A stretch of DNA of 64,000 nt from Chromera velia. Lineage: Eukaryota. Position 1 is the stretch's first letter; each line of letters starts with the position of its first letter. The notes under the pieces are model-generated. The model did no database searches, was not told the DNA's origin, and worked only from the letters and a program-made list of their open reading frames with translations. Positions 39,601 to 50,974 of this stretch are shown here, in pieces. A program made the position numbers and the translations under genes. Location of the stretch: NCBI GenBank assembly GCA_018398765.1, contig JAHBMJ010000366.1, positions 62,001 through 126,000 of the forward strand. The letters run 5' to 3'.

Positions 39601-39965
39601 GACAACGCCGGAGGCAGGCATGATGCCCATTCGTTTTGTCTATCCCAAGAATGTCTTTTGTCTGAGCGGATTTGTATTGTATAGATTGACGAACCTTCGG
39701 ACAATTCAAATTTCGGGATCTTTCATGCTTTGTTCCCTTCGACTTAATTTACTGCTGAATTGAATCCACTTGAATCCCTCATTTTTTGGTAACGATTTCC
39801 TCTGGCGCCCCTCATTCACGGTTCTGTGCAGAAGCGTTTAGGCGATTCTTTGACTCCTCAATGTCGCAAGCTTTTGATGTATTGCTTGACAAGGCAACGG
39901 AAAACGGTACATTTGCGTGGATACAGAGAGGCAATAGCTCTCTCCCATCTTCTCCACGAATTTGA
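35681..39965 (+). CDS. Acyltransferase-3 plus SGNH-domain O-acyltransferase (OafA/OatA-like), ~864 aa, 4 exons
   Basis: Exons 35681-36949, 37312-38259, 39321-39564 and 39832-39965 are phase-consistent. AT3 motifs: FRTDVEAVRAIA, YH, GFLGVDIFFVISGFVI, HFWSLNVEEQFY, GKVSYSVYLWHWP, LETPIR. SGNH block I is FGDSH and the C-terminal His lies in RQDH. The last exon is tentative. Confidence 0.85.
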
Positions 39966-40410
39966 ATCATGTGGGTAATGTAATTCAATGATTGTTGCAA
40001 TTACTACCAATTAATAACTAGTACAATAGCTCTAAAAATTATCGAGTAATATGAATTTATTTAAGTTCATTTATTGGTAGCTAGTGTGTCTTTATACAGA
40101 GTCTTATTAAGTTATTTATCAATGACTACATGAAATGAGTAAGCCAGTAGAAAACGTAAAAAAACATATTAAAGACTGTGGAGTTTACACCGTTTGTATA
40201 TCAAAGTCGATAATATATATACTAGTGATAGTATAACTAGTTTAAACTAGTTGTTACCGTCTCAAATAAACCTTTTTTTTGAATAGGAAGGTGCATACAT
40301 ACAATCATAAAAAAGATGAACGGGGACAAAAGCATGTCAAAACAGGTCGAGGTTGGTCGAGGTATGACTGGGGTCAGGGATAAGAAATGAGCACCTATTG
40401 TAATGGCTTA

Positions 40411-40722
40411 TGTGAAGGGCATTCTGCCTAATAAGAAGACTGTCAGTGAGTAATAAAGGGCTGGCAAGCATCAGGCAGGTGTAGGCCAGACGGGGACCCG
40501 GGCCACATAGCGTGTATGGGTGTATCATGAGGCCGCGCATCATGAAGTCGGGCATGCTTTTATTAAGTGATTTTAGTGAAGTGCATGCTTGATGTGTCTG
40601 CTTGACGTCATCACTAAGAATGCTCGAGATTGACATTAACTGCTAGACCAAACTAACCGATATCTGTTAGACTTTAACCAACTGTATCTAATATTACTAA
40701 GACTCCCGTAAAACAGCTTACA
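40411..40722 (+). repeat. 5' LTR
   Basis: 312 bp. Manual alignment to the 3' LTR gives about 25 substitutions and 2 indels. Confidence 0.95.
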
Positions 40723-40917
40723 TCTGGTAGTTCAGAGCCTCGTTCCACCCTCAGTTAACGGAGAGCGCTCTTGTTGAATTCAGTGTACTCAGACTGGTTC
40801 AGTCTACCAACTGTTGACTCCATACGTCAATAGAAGGTGTAACAGAGGATGTACCAGCTTTGAGGATTCTGCAGATCGTCAGGGCTATTGAAGGACTATC
40901 TCAGCGGATTGACTCTA

Positions 40918-42066
40918 TGCAGGCAACGTAAAACCTGCATGGAGAAACTCTGCAATTACTTATTTCTCAAGCCCCTCAGAAATCTGTCTAGGCAATGGTG
41001 ACATCACCTGTCATTGCGCCAGCCCAAAGTATAACTGCGTCCTCGTCGCACTACATGAAGCTATGCAAGGCCCTTGCTCTGTTCTCTGGAGTGTGGGCTA
41101 AGCTGACCAGGTGGTTGAAAAATGTAGAAGACTTCTACAAACTTAAGAAAGTGTTAAACCTGGATAAGGTACTAGTGGCAAAGAACAGAATGTTCCAGGA
41201 CCTGAAGGAATGGTTTAACCTCTATGAGGTCGAGAACGGACCATTCTAGAACTGGAAGTCGTTGAAGGCTGCCCTCATCGAGCACTCTTCAGACACACTG
41301 GCCAGACACAAGGCCAGAAAGGACCTGAAGAAGTGCCAATGCACTGGAGCTGGGGTCAACGACTACAACAAGCGATTCAAGCCGCTTGTCGCGAAACTGA
41401 AGGGCCGGTTGATCAAAGAAGACATCGTCGAGGACTACATCTCTGGTTTGCTAGCAGATGTTCGCCTTGAAACAAACAAGGTGCATCTGGTCAACTTGGT
41501 TATCGCCATGAAGACGGCAAGTGAGCTTGAGGTCTTTCTCTCTGGTGGAGAAGGACCGCGAGGCGGGACATGAGACTTCCAAAGGCCGAGTGTCTTCGAA
41601 GGTGGTAGGGAGAGTGCCCGACGTAACTCTCCACTGGGACAAGAGGAAGGGCCCGTCCCCATGGACCTGTGTGGGGTCCGTCAACTCCCACCACCACTAA
41701 CACCGGCAGAGAGGTCTCTCTGCATTACAGAGGGAAGGTGTTTCAGATACTGTCTCGTAGGGCATACTGCTAGGCAGTGTCCAGGTCCCTTCTCTGGACT
41801 CGGCGGAAACTTTTCTGGAATGCGGAGACTCACTGGTGGAGGGAACCCTCAGGACTCGCAGGACTATGGGAGATTCTGTGGAGACTTCAAGCAGGGGGGA
41901 TAGGGGCAGAGCAGAGGCGGATACCAGGGAGATCACAGAGGGTTTGGAGCTCCATTCCCTTGCTCCATTCCCGACAGTCACCGCCCAAGCATGGCCACCT
42001 CTGGGCCAGTCACAGTGGAGAGGAGGACGCAGAGACGGTGGTCCTAGAGGAAGAGGAAGAGGTGGA
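40918..42066 (+). pseudogene. gag pseudogene
   Basis: Retrotransposon-gag-like text (WLKNVEDFY, VNDYNKRF, EDYISGL, PVPMDL), a degenerate Zn knuckle CFRYCLVGHTARQC and several in-frame stops. Boundaries approximate. Confidence 0.8.
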
Positions 42067-43465
42067 CTAGGGTATATCACTAAAAAAAAAAATTAAAAAA
42101 AAATATTTTTGACCCCCCCCCTCTAGAAATCGAAAGGATCTAACACTCTAAAAGTATGTCCAAAATAGTTTTTTTCCCTAAAAAACCACATACAGATACT
42201 TACTATACTAGTAACGATTCGTTTTATAGTGGTTTTCAAAGGTTTTTATGAAAGTGCCACTTCAAGTTTCAAATTATTAAAGACGACGTTACAAAACTTA
42301 TAGCAAAATCTGAGAAAACTTAAAAAAACCTTGAAAAACCAAAGTGAAACTTATAAGTACTGATCAAAAAAGGTATTTGTTTCATTTAGAATTGGTTATT
42401 CACTTGTTTCATCTTCATTTGCTTGTTCAATTCTCTCGTTGAACTGACTTTCTGCTCGAGCAAGCTCATCATTATTTTTCGTGACCCCCCTTCCAACCAA
42501 CATCGCAGAGTGCAACCAAAAGAACACAGCAGAAAGAGGCATGTCATCTGTTCTCGGTGTTAAAGTTCGATGAAACAAAAGAGGTTTGAATTTGGTGGTT
42601 TCATCAGAAGAAGATACACGTTCATACGAAATGACACGAGTGTAGAAATCTGAATTTTCTTCTACATGTGCGATGCAGGCAATACCCAAGCTTCTGCCTT
42701 TCTTTATCACAGGATGCACATCATTTGGATCAACCAGATCCAAAACTTTACTTACAAACCATTCTTTGTTCCTGCTATTAGCCGTCTCCCAACAACAAGC
42801 AACAATGTCTCCAATCCCTACGAAATAGTCCCCTCACTCCGGTAACGCATGACGAAGGCGGGGCTTTCGAGTCAAACGAGTCACCCTGTCTGCATGCAAT
42901 TTTTCATCCTGCATATACATACAGGCAGAAAATAAAAGGAGGCTCCCTCTCCCAGGGACATTAACTCGAATCCGCCCATCGGAGCCCTTTCCAGTTAAAG
43001 GGGGTGGGGCAGTGCTGCTACTTCGCTGGGTCCTAGGCTGGGTCTGAGGAAGGGGAGGGAGGGAAAAGGAGGGGGGGGGGGTTGAACGCATAGAAAACCT
43101 CCCACACACTAAGGTACATTTAATCGGAAGCCGCCGAAGATGGTTTTAGTCTTCATCAACAGCGGCCGAGGGCTGTCAAAGATGCGGTTTTTGCAGGTTT
43201 TTGGCGGTTTCTGCACGTTTTTTCCATGAAAGCTAGGTTATAAAACCAAAAAAAAAACTTTTAATGACACCACCCCTAAAACTTCATATAACCAATAAAA
43301 ACTTAAGGCTTAGCCCTCTTACCTAAAACAGTGTCCAAATAGGTTTTTGAGCTTTTTAGAACTTTGATTTTAAGTTTAAAGCAAGACAAAAGATTAAAAC
43401 ACTAAATTTTATACCTAAAAACCTGTCAAAATCTTAGGTCGGCTCAAATAAGTGAAATACCCTAG
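42067..43465. mobile_element. Non-autonomous DNA transposon (1.4 kb) nested in the retrotransposon
   Basis: TIRs CTAGGGTATATCACT / AGTGAAATACCCTAG. Perfect 8-bp TSD GAGGTGGA at 42059-42066 and 43466-43473. AT-rich subterminal arms. Confidence 0.88.
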
Positions 43466-43659
43466 GAGGTGGAAGGAAGCCGGCAGGTAGGGGAGTTCGA
43501 ACGATTTACAGAGGTTTCGAGACGGATGAGGTGATAGGAACAGAGGGACTCAAAACTTATGGTCAGTGCCCCGAGATAGGAGGAAGCCCTAAGAATGAAA
43601 ATATGCCAATGGAAATGAAGGAGGAGGAAAATGAAATAGAGGTCCATCCGAGGTTGTTT

Positions 43660-46600
43660 ATGTTTTCAGGTCGAGTGGCTGGTGTACCTATCTGACTCAG
43701 AGTTTTAGTTAATTTGGGTGCAAATGATATTTATCTTGACCGTCGTTCTGCCCATGCCCACCATCTCCGTGTGTGCAGATTGAGATGACCTGTCAATTTG
43801 CACGGTGCCCTTAAGTCCTCGAAGACTCGGTCGGTCTGTGAGTATGCACCCACAGTGCCGATCAACATTCAGGGGTATCAAAAGAGAGTGGGTGCAATGT
43901 TGGCCAACCTAGATGAGTATGATTTGATCTTGGGGATAAAGTGGGGTCATGCCTATAAGCCTGAACTGCAGTGGTCGTCTCAAAGTCTGCGTTTTTGGTT
44001 CAGAGGGAAATTGATTTATTGGGTTGCAGATATGGAGTTGGAGGAAGAGGATGAGGAACAAACATTTAGCACTCCTCCTCTTCTCTCTTCTGTGCAGGCA
44101 AAGTGGACGATCCAAAAAGGAGCTGTCTGCCATCTAGTCAAACTACAGATAGAAATCCCTTTTGGTGAGTCTACTGGGGTTGCCTGCAGAGTTCACAGAT
44201 TGCATGAAGTCAGTGAGAACGGGGGGAGAAAGAATGCTGGGGAGAATAGAAAGGGATTTAGGGGTAGTGAGGCAATGAATAATGATTTTCTCTCTTCTCT
44301 TCCTTCTGATCATCCTGTTCTCTCTTCGCCTGAATTGACTGAGGTTCATGAGTACCTAAAAAAATCAACCGTACCGATTAATTGTGGCATAAAGAGAATT
44401 GTGGCAGACAATACATCTCTCTTTCCTGATTCTTTGACAGGGTTGCCGCCGTCTAGGGGGGAAGGATTTGATTTCAAGATAGATCTCGAACCAGGACACC
44501 CACCTCCATCTTGCCCACCCTATCGTCTCTCTTTGGGTGAGCTGGATGAATTGAGGAAGCAAGTTGATACATACTTGAAGCAAGGATTCATTCGACTGTC
44601 TCCTTCTCCTTTTGCAGCACTAGTTTTATTTGTGGCAAAGAAGGATGGGACAATGAGGATATGTTGTGACTATACAGGATTAAATAGAATCACAGTGAAG
44701 GACAAACATCCATTGCCTCATCCTCAAGGTTTGATCGATAAGCTGTATGGGGCAAAATTTTTCACAGCTCTTGATCTTCGGCAGTACTACCATCAGATGA
44801 GAATGAGAGAGAAAGACATGCTCAAAACAGCCTTCATGACAAGGTATGGGAATTATGAATGGCTGGTGGTCTCTTTTGGATTAACGAATGCCCCTCCGGC
44901 AGCAATACGATTAATTCAGTATGTATTGAGGGAGTGCCTTGATCGGTATGTATCTGTATTTTTGGATCATATTCTAATTTATTCAAAGATGAGAGAGGAA
45001 CATGAACGGCATGTCTCTCGTGTTCTTTTTCTCCTCAGACAGGCAAATTTGTTTGCAAAGCTGTCGAAGTATCATTTTTTTCAAAGAGAGGTGACATTCT
45101 TGGGGCTGAGGATCTCAGAGAAAGGAGTGAGGCCAGAGACAAAAAAAACAGAAGAGATAGAAAACTGGCCAGTGCTCAAAAATATGAGTGAGTTGCATTC
45201 TTTTCTTGGTACCCTGTTTGGCTTCTTGGTTTAGACGTTTTGTGTTTGAATTCAGCAAGAAGGCTGCACCTCTTTATCGCTTACTGAAAAAAACGGTGAA
45301 GTTTGAGTGGAAAGAAGAGCAGCAGACGAGTTTTAAGGCAGTCAAAGAAGCAGTCAAGCAGGTGACTGAATTGTACATTCCTGATCCTACTCGTCTATTC
45401 GAAATTTTTGTTGATGCATGTGAAAAGACTGCGACTGTTGCTGCTGTGCTCATGCACTGCCAGAAGGATCCACGTGTTAGGATCCTTCGGCCGTGTGCAT
45501 TTGCTTCGAGAACAATGAGCCCAGCAGAGAAGAACTACCATATCAAAGACAAAGAGTTCCTTGCTTGTGTGTTCGCAGTCAAGGTTCGTGCACAACCTAG
45601 GTATGAAGTGATCATGAAAGTTTGAAGACAGTCACGTCGACCGCCGATCGAATGCAAATGTCTCCTCGCATGCGTCGTTGGGTTTTGTTGTTGGACCAGA
45701 TCGGTATTACGCCTTGATACGTGCCTGGAAGCAAGAATCGGGTGGCAGATGCATTGAGCAGAAAGCCTGACAGTGTGAGAACTGAGCAAAAGCAGGGAGC
45801 GGAAGAAAAGACTGAAAAGAGAAAAGAAGAAGAAAAGGAAGCGAAAGGACTGTTGGCAGGCATTGAGATGAGAGTGGATGTGAATGAAGAGTTCTTGAAG
45901 GAAGTGAAAGGAAGATACAAAAAAGAAAGATTCTTTCAGGAGCTCATCGAAGTATTGAAGCATCTAGAGGTACCTGTGCTTCGACATGAGAATAAGAATT
46001 CAACCATTTACTCTCGTTGATGGCTTTCTTTATTTCAAAGACAGATTAGCCATTCTGACTGATGTTCTGCAGAGGCAGATGATTTCCGAGCATCATGACA
46101 TGGTGGTCGGAGGACATCTGGGGCCAGAAAAGACATTTCTCAAGCTGAACAGTAAGTTCTACTGGCCCAACATGTATTCATCAGTCAAGAAGTATGTGGC
46201 TCGGTATGATGCCTGTCAGAGAGTAAAACATTCCACCCAGAAAAGACCTGGTCTACTCAATCCTTTGCCTATCCTTGAGTGTCCGTATGAATCTCTTTCT
46301 CTCGACTTCCTGTTTGGTCTGCCGAGAACACTGTACTGGGAAAGAGTTGTGGATGGAATTCTCTCTGTTGTTGATCGTTTGTCAAAGGATGTATTTTTTA
46401 TCTCGGTGTGGGAAGAGGTCACAGGAGAAGAGACAGCATCGATTGTATTCGAGAGAGTGGTGTGCTCGGTCGGTATGTTTCGTTCGCTTCTCTTTGATCG
46501 CGATCCTCGCTTCATCTCTGCATTTTGGCAAAAATTGCAAAGACTCTGGAAATCAAAAATCAAGATGAGCTCTTCCAGACACCCGCAGACAGACAGACAG

Positions 46601-48231
46601 ACAGAGAGAGACAACAGAACGATCAGGGAGATGTTGAGATGTTTCGTGATAGACCACCAGGAAGACTGGGCCGAGGCTTTGCCGGCATGTCAGTTTATAT
46701 ATAGAGACAGTGTGCATCTAGTAACAGGTCTCTCACCATTTAGATTTGTGCATGGCTTTGATCTAATCCAACTGCCTGCAGTGCCTGTTCGGGGAAGTTC
46801 GCTGTCTCCAGCAGCAGTTAACTTCGCTGCATGACATAGGATAGAGATGGCATAAGCGAAGAAGTGCCTGGAGTGAGCCTAGGGTATTTGACTGTTTTAA
46901 TTACAATTAAGATTTCATAGGTAAAATCATATAAAACATATAATAAAAAATTTAAATTATTCAAACATTTCAGGCTGAAGGAATATAGTTCTTCTTAAAA
47001 AGCTTAAATCTAGTGAAATTAAACGTGATTACGAGCAAAACTAATCATATATCCCCCCTTTTATAGTATGTCTCTTAGAACTGATTACGGATTACGAGAT
47101 TATGGCATGTTTTATAAAAGGCCATCAATAATTTTTTGATGTTTTAGGTCTCTGTATGACACTTTCTGTTTTTTACTTACTGCACTGTACGGCACTACAA
47201 TGTGTATGAGCTGCTAGTCAGTGTGTGTGACGCGCCCGACTGTCTTGCTTGGTCTTGCTGACTCAGTTTAGAACCGCTTCCTTCTCCACCCCCTCCCCCT
47301 GCAAGACCTAATCCGAAGATGAGCTGCTGAAAGTCAAGGAAGCGTTCAAGGAGCTCCTTGCTAAGGACCCTGATGTTATGATAGATGTTATAATTGAAGT
47401 CTAGTGATGACACTATCGTATTGTGACGGTTTGATTTTGTTTTTTGAAGGAAGGTTCAAGGGGGGGGGGGTGTTTACTCCATTTTACTATATATTACGGA
47501 TTATGAGTTTATGAGCCCTTTCTAGATATCACCTAGAGACACAACTTTAATCGTAGATTGCGAACCAACCAGTGAGCACTTTGATAACATTTTGACTTTG
47601 TTTTAAGTAATTTAATGCAATAAGTGCTAAAAAAATGGTTTTTCATGTAGGGGTGATGTTTAACACTAACATACCCTATGTATAACCCCTAAAAGTCATA
47701 GAGTAATATTTTAAATCGAATACCCTAGGGAGCAAGCAAGGGAGACGGCAGCTCACTATTATGATCGTCATCATAGGGAACTGGAATTGGGTCCAGGAGA
47801 TTGGATGTTGGTGCATAGAGAATTTTTTGAATAAGAAAGAAGGCCGAAGGGAGTAAAGAAGAAGCTTAAGCCTGTATGGTTTGGTCTTTTTGAGGTAGAG
47901 AGGGCAATCACACGGGGAGCATATGAGTTGATCTTCCCGGCAGGAGCTCGCATTCATCCTGTGGTGAATGTGAACTATATGAAGAAGTATGTGAGAGAGC
48001 CGGGTGACCCTCCACCTACAGTTAGACTTCCGAGGTTTGAGGGCCCTGAGTACGAGGTAGATAAAATTTTGAACAGCAAAAGAATTTCAGGGAAGCAGCA
48101 TTATTTAGTCAAATAGAAAGGGTTTGGAGTGAAGGATGCTTCGTGGGAGCCAGTGAAGAATCTTGAGAGAGTAAAAGAAAGGATCGCTGATTTCAAAAGA
48201 AAAAAATTTAAAAATGACAGACGGGCAGTAT
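43660..48231 (+). pseudogene. pol pseudogene (protease-RT-RNase H-integrase-chromodomain)
   Basis: Protease LVNLGA (consensus LxDSGA); RT KKDGTMRICCDY, FGLTNAP, FLDHILIYS; RNase H FVDAC, NYHIKDKEFLA; integrase HHD..GGHLG, SLDF, DRDPRF, HPQTD; chromodomain YEVDKIL..YLVK*KGF..SWEP. Contains stops and frameshifts. Confidence 0.92.
46879..47728. mobile_element. Non-autonomous DNA transposon (850 bp) nested in the integrase C-terminus
   Basis: Termini CTAGGGTATTTGA / TCGAATACCCTAG. Flanks GGAGTGAGC and GGAGCAAGC are consistent with a 9-bp TSD GGAGCGAGC. Excision restores CLERARETAAHYYDRH...GDW. Confidence 0.85.
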
Positions 48232-48428
48232 GACTCTATGAGGGAGGAAAAACATAGGGTGAGAAACAATGTATGATGATGACTCGATCGCTCGAGGGCA
48301 TACTAGATAGGCGCTTGATGAGAAGATAAATAGGCATGAGAATTAATTGTCCGATCGCTCGATGGATACATGATTAATGTATCAGTTTTCAGAGCCAAGC
48401 GTTAACGTTGGCTTGAAAGGCGGGCAAG

Positions 48429-48735
48429 TGTGAGGGGCATTCTGCCTAATAAGAAGACTGAGTAATAAAGGGCTGGCAAACGTCAGGCAGATGTGGGTTG
48501 GACGAGGGACCCGGGCCATAGAGTATGCATGAGTGTATCACGAGGCCGCGCATCGTGAAGTCGGGCATGCTTTTATTAAGTGATTTTAGTGAAGTGCATG
48601 CTTGATGTGTCTGCTTAACGTCATCACTAAGAATGCTTGAGATTGACATTAACTGCTAGACTAAACCAACCGATGTCTGTCAGACTTTAACCACCTGTAT
48701 TTGATATTACTAAGACTCCCGTAAAACAGCTTACA
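48429..48735 (+). repeat. 3' LTR
   Basis: 307 bp, TG...CA ends, followed by the GCTTA TSD. Confidence 0.95.
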
Positions 48736-49564
48736 GCTTACATGGTTGTCTGGACATACATTTGCGCACACCCACACGGTCCACACTGCATGCATATGTC
48801 TTACTCAATTTCTGTCGAGGTTTCTACATCTGTAATTTTTTGGGACATCGACTCCCTCCCCAAAATATGGAGAAGTGGGCCTCTGAAGTGCGATATCCCA
48901 GTGGGTTAGAGTATGTGTGATCTCTCAGGGCCTCTCGGCTGATCTTGTCCCCGAGCCGATGGGCTCTGGAAAAAGTTTGGTAAGTGCCCCCCCCTTCGCT
49001 TTCCGGGGCCACGAGGTGCCCAGAGTCTATTGAATTGAACTTCATTCCATGGACGAAAACACAGTACCATCGATTGCGTTACCAAAGACATCCAAAGACA
49101 CCTATACTCTTCATGCAGTCTGCATTGAAAGTGCAACGTGGTGAGTCATTTAGGACAAAAGTGATTTGTCCCTTCCTTCTCTGGATCCCGTGTGTACGTA
49201 TTTTCTCTGCTGCTGGGTTGGCGCCTTCACGGAGACGGCCATGCAAAGCCTTGAATGTGCGCGACTTTGAATCCTTGCCCACCTTCTCTCGCAAAAGGGC
49301 ACTGACACCTTTTCGATTTTTCCTGTTCCGACGAACTGCAGGAATCGAAAAGCAGGCACACTCTTCTTTGCCCTCCCGTTCTTCGTGCAAAGCAAAGAAC
49401 TGAGAGGGAGGAGTAAAGAGAAAGATAGAGAAACTCAGGTTTTTGCAAGTACCTTCGGCAAGTCGCAATAGAAACTTCTCGTGACCCCGCTTCTGCTCTC
49501 GACGACCCACTCAACAGTCAAGAAGCTACCTGGGTACTGCAGATTGATCAAAAGAAAGAAGAGG

Positions 49565-50922
49565 ATGGAACCCGCGCCCCGTCATTTCCCGGGCACAGGG
49601 GAGACTGATGACGTCCCCGATGGGTCAGTCAGTCAGTCTCTGCCTGCCTGCCTGCCTGTGTGTTCTACTTGACTGCATGCGGACATGCGCATCTGTCTCT
49701 GCCTTGCTCAGGGGCTGAGTGACGACTGTTTTGCTGCCTGCTTACTCCTGTGTCGACTTCATTCAGTCTGACATCCAGTCTCTCTTCGTATGCTTCCAAC
49801 CCTCGCTCTCTCAGTTCATTTCTCAGTGTGTGTCTGAGACTCTGTCTGCCTTCTGTCCTTCCTTTCTTCCTTCCTTCGCTCCCTCCTTCCTTCCTTCCTT
49901 CCTTCCTTCCTTCCTTCCTTCCTCCTTCCTTCCTTCTTCCTTCCTTTGTTCCTTGCTTCCTTCCTTCTTTGCTTCCTTCCTTCCTTCCTTCCTTCCTTTC
50001 TTCTTTCCTTCCTTCCTTCCTTCCTTCCTTCCTTCCCTCCTTCCTTCCTTCCTTCCTTCCTTCCTTCCTGCCTTGCTTCCTTTCTTCCCTCCCGCCTTTC
50101 GTTGCTTTTTTCTTTCTCTCTTCCTTTTATTTGTTTTTCACAGGAGTATTTGCAGGACCTCTTTCTCTGATTACACTAAGACGGAAATGCACCGGCCGTG
50201 CTGCTACGCTTAGTTCTGCCCGTTGCTGTAATCAAAGCCTGATGATTCAACTCATTGCTGGGAAGACATCAATCATTATGATCTATTGAGAGACGGTTTG
50301 TCCTCTCTGCATGCATGCATGCAGATCCGTTGCGGCTGCCTGCAAAGCACTCGCTCAGTCTCTAGACTTGTCTCGGTGGCGGCGCTTGGGGAGGGAGTCT
50401 GAGAGGCAGACGCGGAACTTGAAGAAAGTTCTCCTCGGAATTCCTTCCGCCTTCCCTCAACCCCCCCCCTGCGCCCACTTCAACTTATCCTCCTCACCCG
50501 GCCCTCCTCAAAGCGGCATCAGAGCCCCTCCGCGGACCTCTCTTGCTTCTCCTCACGCGAACGGGATCGGCCACTCGTTCTCAACTTCCACGAATTCGAA
50601 CGGGAGTGCCAGTACAGGCACCAGCACCCCCCCGTGCGAGGACAGTATCTTGGAGACGCCTGACAATGTGGAGTTGCGCGTTTGGCACGAGGGATGGATG
50701 CTCAAACAGGTTTGTGCGTGCGTCAGTTCGTTCGTGAGATGGATGACTTGGTGATCGGGGAGTTTTGAATCCAGAAAGATATGAGACGGGGGAGGTGGGG
50801 AGAGACAAAAAAAATGCGGAGAGTTTTGGGAGGCTGAAATGTCACTCACTCATTTTTTCCTTAATTGTCTCTTCCGTGTGTGCCTGTGGAGATGTTTTGT
50901 CTTCTTCTGACTGCATTAGAAA

Positions 50923-50974
<52 letters not shown>

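Larger units (their letters stand above)
40411..48735 (+). mobile_element. Ty3/Gypsy chromovirus LTR retrotransposon, full-length but inactivated
   Basis: TG...CA LTRs at 40411-40722 and 48429-48735. 5-bp TSD GCTTA at 40406-40410 and 48736-48740. PBS-like TGGTAGTTCAGAGC at 40725 and purine-rich tract at ~48415-48428. Domain order is gag, protease, RT, RNase H, integrase, chromodomain. Confidence 0.95.

Noticed and set aside
6908..39965. Megasynthase plus AT3-SGNH as a biosynthetic gene cluster
   Set aside because: They are separated by a 16-kb housekeeping BUB1 gene, and proximity alone gives no support.
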